In this document: in pieces, positions 57,734 to 64,000 of the stretch
Layout of the letters: each line of letters starts with the position of its first letter
Position numbering within the stretch: the stretch's first letter is position 1
Origin: Pedobacter sp.
GTDB lineage: Bacteria > Bacteroidota > Bacteroidia > Sphingobacteriales > Sphingobacteriaceae
Length of the DNA: 64,000 bases
Assembly (NCBI GenBank): GCA_036676435.1
Contig: JAKFCV010000003.1
Location: 606-64,605, forward strand
Reading direction: 5' to 3'
The notes under the pieces: model-generated
Databases searched by the model: none
What the model was told of the DNA's origin: nothing
Seen by the model: only the letters and a program-made list of their open reading frames with translations
Made by a program: the position numbers and the translations under genes

Positions 57734-58474
57734 ATGATATTAAAAAATTCGATTAAACTCCTTCTTCAGAAAGTACTGGGTTTTAAAACCTATTTATTTG
57801 TTTTTTCCCTGCTCACTATACAACGTTTGAAACATGAAGAAGAATTCCTCCTGTTCAATAAAATGATCGAGGATGGCGGCATAATACTGGATATTGGAGC
57901 TAATATCGGAACCATGACAACCCTCATTGCAAGCAAACTTAGAAATTCAAAAATATACGCATTCGAACCAATTCCTGAAAATATAAAAACCATCCGCAGG
58001 GTTATTCAGCACTACAAACTTGATAACGTCGTGATCTACGAAGCTGCACTAGGTGAAGAAAAGGGTGAATTAAGAATGGTAATGCCGGTAATCAATAATG
58101 TGAAAATGCAGGGCTTAAGTCATGTGCTGTTAGAAAGTGAAATCCCGGGGGATAACGATTCTGGAAACATCTATTCTGTCCCTGTGCATAAACTGGATGA
58201 TATTGCTGAATTTACTTCGGGCAAAAGAATAACTGCCATAAAAATTGATGTTGAAAACTTCGAGTACCAGGTTCTCAAGGGTGGTGAAGAGGTGTTAAAA
58301 AAGCACAGACCCATCATTTATTGTGAATTGTGGGATAATGAAAAGAAATATATCACAATCGACTATTTAAACACCCTTGGTTATAAAGCTAAAATATATG
58401 AGGACAGGCAGCTGGTAGATTATAAAAAGCAAAAAGCCATAAACTTTTTCTTTTTGCCTGAAAATGCGGCCTGA
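57734..58474 (+). CDS. FkbM family SAM-dependent methyltransferase
   Basis: ILDIGANIGTMT SAM-binding motif, AFEP and IKIDVENFEYQVLKG, all typical of FkbM. Confidence 0.85.
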   Translation: MILKNSIKLLLQKVLGFKTYLFVFSLLTIQRLKHEEEFLLFNKMIEDGGIILDIGANIGTMTTLIASKLRNSKIYAFEPIPENIKTIRRVIQHYKLDNVVIYEAALGEEKGELRMVMPVINNVKMQGLSHVLLESEIPGDNDSGNIYSVPVHKLDDIAEFTSGKRITAIKIDVENFEYQVLKGGEEVLKKHRPIIYCELWDNEKKYITIDYLNTLGYKAKIYEDRQLVDYKKQKAINFFFLPENAA

Positions 58475-58650
58475 ACAATGCCTAAATCTCAGTAATTGTA
58501 TTTATGAAAAACTTAAGCAGCATTAGCCTGTTTAAGTATCTAAACCATTAAAAATGTTTCATACCAGCATATCCCATCCCGCCTTAACTACTCCTGAAAG
58601 AGCATTGTTCAATTATCGTATAGTTTCTGTCCGGGGCTGATCCTGATTTT

Positions 58651-59547
58651 ATGAGAATTGCAAATCTTATAATGGCTCATAAGAACCCCGCTCAAATAGA
58701 GAGACTGATTGTAAAAATGAGATATAATCCCTTTGATTTTTATATTCATCTGGATAAGAAAACAGATATCGAAGATTATAAACATCTGTCTGAATTTGAA
58801 AATGTATTCTTTATCGTTAACCGTACCGAATGTAACTGGGGGGGATACAGCTTTGTAACTGCAATCGTTAATTCCTTAACAGAGGTTTTAAATTCAGGGA
58901 GGAGTTATGGGTTTATTAATCTTATGAGTGGTCAGGACTATCCTATAAAGCCGGTAAACGAGATCTATGAATATTTATCTGAACATAAGGGCAAGTCATT
59001 TTTAGCATACGAGCATGTCGATCATACCTGGTGGGAAGAGGCTGTAACCCGATTTAAATTTTATCACCTGACAGATTTCAAATTAATAGGCAGGTATCTG
59101 CTACAAAAAATCATAAATAAATTAATGCCCAGCCGAAAGTTTCCTCTGGATCTGACACTTTACGGAAGTGCGAATTCATCCTGGTGGACAATAAGTACTG
59201 AAGCGGCTGATTACCTTGTAAGATATATACGGGATAATACAAAACTCAGGAAATTCATGCGTTTTACCTGGGGTGCTGATGAATTCCTTATTACCACCAT
59301 TATAATGAATTCCCCTTTCAGAGATAAAGTTATTAATGATAATCTGAGATATATAGACTGGTCGCAGGGAGGCGCTCATCCCAAAACTTTTTCAAAGGAA
59401 GATTTTCAAACCCTCGTTAAATCCGATAAGTGCTTTGCCAGAAAATTCGATATAGGCGCGGATAAAGAAATTCTTGACCTCATTGATCAGAGTGAGATAA
59501 ATTTCAGAAACAATCAAAAAACATTTAACAATCAGCCCCTACCATGA
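58651..59547 (+). CDS. GT14 (core-2/I-branching enzyme-type) beta-1,6-N-acetylglucosaminyltransferase-like protein
   Basis: IANLIMAHKNPAQIERLI, FYIHLDKK, CNWGGYSFV, LMSGQDYP, WWTIS and ADEFLITTI are characteristic of the Branch family. Confidence 0.8.
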   Translation: MRIANLIMAHKNPAQIERLIVKMRYNPFDFYIHLDKKTDIEDYKHLSEFENVFFIVNRTECNWGGYSFVTAIVNSLTEVLNSGRSYGFINLMSGQDYPIKPVNEIYEYLSEHKGKSFLAYEHVDHTWWEEAVTRFKFYHLTDFKLIGRYLLQKIINKLMPSRKFPLDLTLYGSANSSWWTISTEAADYLVRYIRDNTKLRKFMRFTWGADEFLITTIIMNSPFRDKVINDNLRYIDWSQGGAHPKTFSKEDFQTLVKSDKCFARKFDIGADKEILDLIDQSEINFRNNQKTFNNQPLP

Positions 59548-59615
59548 ACGTATCGGGAGTGTTTGCAGAATGACTGCAGATAGTTCTCTCTTTACCATTG
59601 CTTATATTACTGTCT

Positions 59616-60974
59616 ATGAAGATCCTGTTGAATTCGATTTTGACAAAACTTAATAATAAATACATATTATCGCTTGCCGGCAATGGAATTATGTCGGGGG
59701 TGGGTATGATCACAGCAATTATCCTTTTAAGAGCTTTGAGCATTAATGATATGGGTTTATGGATCTTGTTTCTCACCAGTTATCTATTACTTGATACAAT
59801 CAGATCCGGTTTTTTAACCGTAGCTTTTATAAAATTCTATTCTGGTGCGGAAAAAACCCGGGCTAATGAAATTGTGGGATCAACATGGCTTATCGCGATT
59901 TTGATTACCCTGACTTTCATCGTCCTGAATATCCCCGCCTATTTTATTTCACTGTATTTTCAAAATGAAGCTATTTCGCTGTTTCTGAAATGGTTTGGAA
60001 TAACCTATATCGTTTCACTTCCTTTTTTTGTTGCCACATGTATTTTGCAAGCCAGGCAAAGATTTGATCAGCTCCTGGTGCTGAGAATTTTCAATCAGGG
60101 TTCATTTGTTATTTTACTCTTACTCTTTATCTCTGCAGGAAATATTAATATACAAACGGTCATATATTCCTACATCCTTTCCAATATCCTGTCGAGCCTG
60201 ATCGGTATCATCAAAGGCTGGACACTATTCGAACAAATAAAATATCAATCAAAAAAAACGCTAAAAGAATTATACAATTTCGGAAAATTCAGTGTCGGGA
60301 CCAGCTTAAGTGCAAGTCTGTTCGGAACAGCCGATAGATTTATAATCAATTTTATGCTCGGACCGGCTGCTCTTGCTATTTTTGATACAGGTGCCAAATT
60401 AATCCAGGTCGTTGAAATCCCCCTGCGAAGCTTTATAGCCACGGCCATGCCCAGCCTGTCTTCATATTATAACAGAGACCTAAAACTGGAGGTAGTAGAA
60501 GTAATGAAAAAATATATTGGCATGATAACGATCGTGCTGGTGCCTTTAACCCTTATCACCTTCCTGTTTGCAGACTATATTATATTAGTGCTTGGGGGAG
60601 AAAAGTATATGAATAGCCTGGCTCCGGATGTTCTTAGGATCTTTATGCTTATAGCACTTCTTTATCCTGTTGACAGATTTATGGCCCTGACCCTTGATGT
60701 CATCCACCAGCCTAAAATCAATTTTTTCAAAGTTATCCTTATGCTTATAGTTACCGTTATTACAGACATTGCCGGAATTTACCTGACCGGAAATGTTTTT
60801 GGGGTCGCTGTGGCATCCGTCTTTCCAGTCCTGGCAGGGATCGGCATAAGTTTTTATGCCTTGAATTTTTATTATGCAAAATTCAATTTCCTGGATATAT
60901 ACATACGGGGCTTTAAAGAGCTCAAAGTACTGTTCGCCAATTCATTTAATCTGAATCCAAAACCTCAGGGATAA
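59616..60974 (+). CDS. Wzx-type oligosaccharide flippase (MOP superfamily)
   Basis: About 12-14 TM helices with MOP/polysaccharide-biosynthesis-protein topology. The track TTG start at 59598 was trimmed to the ATG at 59616 (MKILLNSIL). Confidence 0.8.
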   Translation: MKILLNSILTKLNNKYILSLAGNGIMSGVGMITAIILLRALSINDMGLWILFLTSYLLLDTIRSGFLTVAFIKFYSGAEKTRANEIVGSTWLIAILITLTFIVLNIPAYFISLYFQNEAISLFLKWFGITYIVSLPFFVATCILQARQRFDQLLVLRIFNQGSFVILLLLFISAGNINIQTVIYSYILSNILSSLIGIIKGWTLFEQIKYQSKKTLKELYNFGKFSVGTSLSASLFGTADRFIINFMLGPAALAIFDTGAKLIQVVEIPLRSFIATAMPSLSSYYNRDLKLEVVEVMKKYIGMITIVLVPLTLITFLFADYIILVLGGEKYMNSLAPDVLRIFMLIALLYPVDRFMALTLDVIHQPKINFFKVILMLIVTVITDIAGIYLTGNVFGVAVASVFPVLAGIGISFYALNFYYAKFNFLDIYIRGFKELKVLFANSFNLNPKPQG

Positions 60975-61046
60975 ATTTAGCAGCTGCGCCTGTAAAACAT
61001 TTAATTTTTAGACTTGTTCATCCAGTAAATCTGACAGTATTATAAG

Positions 61047-61856
61047 ATGCCTTTAAGACCCTTAGCCCTTCCGAATTTTGTAAAGAATGAACAGCATGAT
61101 GCAGGCTGGTTCCTGGAAAATGCCGAACTCATTCATAGTAATATGAAGAAAATCCAATCAGACTCTCCTGACATTACCGTGATCATACCTGCCTATAATG
61201 AAGAAGATACCATTCTGAGGACTCTCTCCTCTTTGTCCAAAAGCAGGACTACCCAAAAAATCGAAATTTTGGTTGTTGATAATAATTCCACAGATAGAAC
61301 TGCCGAGTTGATTAAAATGAGTGGTGCAAGGTATTTATTTGAGCCGGAGCAGGGAGTAAAACATGCCAGGACAGCAGGCTTAATGGCAGCCAGAGGTAAA
61401 TTCATTTTAAATGCGGATGCGGATTCTATCTATTCTCCTTACTGGATAGATCTAATGACCCTCCCTTTAAGAAATGATAAGGTTGCGTGTACCTATGGAA
61501 GGTTTGCATTTTTTCCGGAAAATGATACCTCACGTTCTTATTACTTTTTTTATGAAAGCTTCGGTGATCTTTATAAAAGAACTATCCAGAAATTAAAAGA
61601 TGAGGCTATGTATGTCTATGGATGCAGTTCCGGATACAGAAAAGCACAGGGAGTTCTTGTAGATGGATATGAGCATCCTCCGGGTTCAAATGAAGACGGC
61701 TATCTGGGTCTTAAACTAAGGGAAAAGTTTGGACGACTTAAACGGATCACCGATAATAAGGCGCTGGTCTGGACCTCAGACAGACGATTAAACGAGGAAG
61801 GCGGAGTTTCTTCAGCCTTTGCCAACCGGATCAGAAAGATATTCTTTAAACATTAA
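61047..61856 (+). CDS. GT2 glycosyltransferase (soluble)
   Basis: ITVIIPAYNEE, LVVDNNSTDRT and NADADS motifs. Confidence 0.85.
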   Translation: MPLRPLALPNFVKNEQHDAGWFLENAELIHSNMKKIQSDSPDITVIIPAYNEEDTILRTLSSLSKSRTTQKIEILVVDNNSTDRTAELIKMSGARYLFEPEQGVKHARTAGLMAARGKFILNADADSIYSPYWIDLMTLPLRNDKVACTYGRFAFFPENDTSRSYYFFYESFGDLYKRTIQKLKDEAMYVYGCSSGYRKAQGVLVDGYEHPPGSNEDGYLGLKLREKFGRLKRITDNKALVWTSDRRLNEEGGVSSAFANRIRKIFFKH

Positions 61857-61875
61857 AAAATCTCATCCTTAAAGG

Positions 61876-63060
61876 CTAAAAACTGATATTTACCAGGCCG
61901 TTAAGATTAAAACTGCTCTCCTTTGCATTCGTTACCTTAATATCCTTAATCGCACTTCCGGCATTTATCATCAGGGTAAAATCTTTGAAAAACGTGTCTT
62001 TATCAACCCCGGAGATATCCAGATTAATCAGGAGCTTTCCATTTACCATAGTTTCGGTTTTGCTGATCTGATTCCTTAATTGTAAATATTCCACCATTTC
62101 CTGCATAGTAGTAACCCACATCTGATCCTTTGCATTATTTTTAATATGCTCTGATAATTCCTTAAAAGCTTCCAAATTCGGGGAATGAGTTCCAAGCCTG
62201 TACAGGATCCTTTCTTTGGTACTGCTTTTATTAAGCAATGCGCTGATCTTATCTTTGATCATATTGATTCCGCTGATGTCCCACTTATCATTAAAATCTC
62301 TGCGTAAATGGATCTTATTTAAAGGAAGGCCCGCGATGTCAACAAAATCTCCGTACATAGGAAAAGACTGAAAACCTTCAAAATGATTGGTAGATGTTGT
62401 GGCAATAATCCCCTGTTCAAAAGCAGGCGAAAGATAGCCCGGGTCATTGGATGGAACCACCAGAGTTCTCATTCTGAACCCGGTTTTATCAAAAACATAC
62501 TTCGTATTTTCACTGATATTAAGGGAGATCTGCTTTCCATATCCAAAATTATCACTTGCATTTAATACAGAATGATAAAATCCGTGATTCTCTAATGTCC
62601 ACCCGCCAGATATCATGGCTGCAGCCTGCTCCTTTGTGAGACTACCCTGGTAGTTTTCCCACAGATCACCATTATTATAGTTTCCCCGGCTATTGACTGC
62701 CACTCCCGCCCTGAATTTTATTGCTTTGCCGGTCCCGTTCGAAAAGGTTTGGCTGTTCAAATATTGATAAACAGCAAACGATGCCGCTGGATTATCATCA
62801 AATTCAAAATTGATTACTGATGTCTTATTATATTTTAATGGAGTGATCGCTGTACTTGCACCAGATACTGGTGAACTGAAACTAACCTCCACGGTTATCA
62901 GTTCAGAATTTCCAGAGACGCCTCCCTGTATTTCAACTCCGGTCGAAACCGGTTCAATCACGGGTAAAGGAGATTTACTGCAGGAATAACTAGATACAAC
63001 AAGAATGGCACAGATTATACGTCCAAAAATAATCCCTTCTTTAAACATCAAACACTTCAT
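61876..63060 (-). CDS. Lipoprotein with a CE4/NodB-like (polysaccharide deacetylase-like) core
   Basis: Lipobox SSYSC. NFEFDDN resembles NodB motif 1 (TFDD) and ENHGFYH resembles motif 2 (H-x-x-x-H). The match is divergent, so function is tentative. Confidence 0.5.
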   Translation of the reverse strand: MKCLMFKEGIIFGRIICAILVVSSYSCSKSPLPVIEPVSTGVEIQGGVSGNSELITVEVSFSSPVSGASTAITPLKYNKTSVINFEFDDNPAASFAVYQYLNSQTFSNGTGKAIKFRAGVAVNSRGNYNNGDLWENYQGSLTKEQAAAMISGGWTLENHGFYHSVLNASDNFGYGKQISLNISENTKYVFDKTGFRMRTLVVPSNDPGYLSPAFEQGIIATTSTNHFEGFQSFPMYGDFVDIAGLPLNKIHLRRDFNDKWDISGINMIKDKISALLNKSSTKERILYRLGTHSPNLEAFKELSEHIKNNAKDQMWVTTMQEMVEYLQLRNQISKTETMVNGKLLINLDISGVDKDTFFKDFTLMINAGSAIKDIKVTNAKESSFNLNGLVNISF

Positions 63061-63400
63061 AAGGATGCTTTACGAAAACTTTATTTAGAAAGTTTTATTT
63101 TTTTTCAAACAAATCAGGAGTTAAAATGTAAAGGAGGTAAAGCTGAAAATTCATTACTTCTATAGAAAAATTTAATACTTCAGATGAAAATAAAAGTATA
63201 GCGATGGGAGGATATTTTTTTGGTTTACTTTCGTCAAACCTGCATGCCTGCTCTGGCTTCAACCGCAATTCTTAAAACCGAAAATGATAATATTCCAACC
63301 GGGATTAAACATTTCAAGTTTTCCAATGTTCATAAATCGTTATGTCTAAGGATAACACCATCAACCTATCAATTAACTAACATCTATCAAGGAAATACCA

Positions 63401-64000
63401 ATGAATAATGATCTGATTATCGATGCGGGCATGCATAAGTGTGAAGATACCACCTACTACTTAAAAAAAGGATTTAATGTGATCAGCATAGATGCAGATT
63501 TAAACCTGGTGAATAAGGCTAAAGTAATGCATGAGGATTACATCAGTGACGGGAAACTAACCCTTTTAAATTATGCACTGTCTTCAGAAGATAATGCCCA
63601 AATCACATTTAACATCAGCAAGGAAACCTTATGGAACTCCATTAATCCCAGCATTTCTGATAGAAACGGGAACTTCCGGGAAGAGGTATCAGTTCAAACG
63701 CAGAAATTAAGCTCGGTCATAAAAAAATACGGAGTGCCATATTATTGTAAGATCGATCTGGAAGGGTATGATAATATTGCGCTGAAAACCCTGTTGGAAC
63801 TTGACGAATTACCCAAATTCATTTCTGCAGAAACAGAATGTTTGGGAGAAGATCAGGTGATTACAGAGACAGAGATTATACAGACCTTAAATACACTGTA
63901 TGAACTAGGATATAGAAAATTTAAACTTGTTGATCAGTTAACTCTTTCTGTTCTGACAGACATTGATCATAAATTCTATAAGGACCAACCTACTACCTTT
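63401..64000 (+). CDS. FkbM family methyltransferase; N-terminal 200 codons, continuing past the window edge
   Basis: Manual translation from the ATG at 63401 gives MNNDLIIDAGMHKCEDTTYYL...YYCKIDLEGYDNIALK, with no stop before 64000. IIDAGMH and KIDLEGYD match the FkbM SAM and C-terminal motifs. It is absent from the ORF track because it is open-ended. Confidence 0.75.
   Translation, partial: MNNDLIIDAGMHKCEDTTYYLKKGFNVISIDADLNLVNKAKVMHEDYISDGKLTLLNYALSSEDNAQITFNISKETLWNSINPSISDRNGNFREEVSVQTQKLSSVIKKYGVPYYCKIDLEGYDNIALKTLLELDELPKFISAETECLGEDQVITETEIIQTLNTLYELGYRKFKLVDQLTLSVLTDIDHKFYKDQPTTF

Noticed and set aside
58475-58650. Short ORFs (up to 27 codons) in the 176-nt gap before the GT14 gene, considered as a decayed N-terminal extension
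   Set aside because: They are not in frame with the GT14 ORF, and the GT14 N-terminus (MRIANLIMAHKNP) already matches the family start.
63075-63105. AT-rich hairpin AAAACTTT-ATTTAG-AAAGTTTT followed by T8, considered as a terminator
   Set aside because: No co-directional gene ends upstream of it, because the adjacent gene is divergent with its start at 63060. An all-A/T 8-bp stem is weak. It may be promoter-region structure only.
63220-63408. 62-aa TTG-initiated ORF upstream of the second FkbM gene
   Set aside because: It has a non-ATG start and no motif, and it overlaps the real FkbM start at 63401. It is most likely the promoter and leader region.

Overview
AT-rich chromosomal window that looks Bacteroidota-like, probably Sphingobacteriia or Pedobacter-like. 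That assignment is an inference from gene content: a T9SS type-B C-terminal-domain cargo protein, DUF4290-murA synteny, and TAnnTTTG -7 promoter boxes. I support about 62 protein-coding genes, one tRNA-Leu(UAG), several rho-independent terminators and four -7 promoter boxes. From 1 to about 47 kb the content is mostly housekeeping: a DEAD-box helicase, an ABC-F ATPase, a GH20 hexosaminidase, a SlyD-like isomerase, a dipeptide epimerase with an M20 dipeptidase, a UvrD-like helicase, murA, a CBS-domain cystathionine beta-synthase-like enzyme, tig-clpP-clpX, plus scattered small or unknown genes. Two envelope-glycan modules stand out. (i) At 26.2-32.6 kb a GT39/ArnT-like GT-C enzyme is followed by a tight operon: an NAD(P)H/FAD reductase, a membrane polyferredoxin, a soluble GT2 and a membrane QxxRW GT2. 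The polyferredoxin and the first GT2 share an ATGA stop/start overlap. (ii) From 47.6 kb to the window edge lies a Wzx/Wzy-type polysaccharide locus. It opens with a stand-alone receiver protein and a priming sugar transferase that carries a degenerate receiver domain. It then has a half-length TolC-like outer-membrane protein where a Wza/OPX exporter would be expected, a GT14 (core-2/I-branching type) enzyme, two FkbM methyltransferases and a CE4-like lipoprotein. I saw no CRISPR array, rRNA, transposase, integrase, or recognisable defence or toxin-antitoxin genes. All functional calls come from motif reading of the supplied translations; no database search was run.
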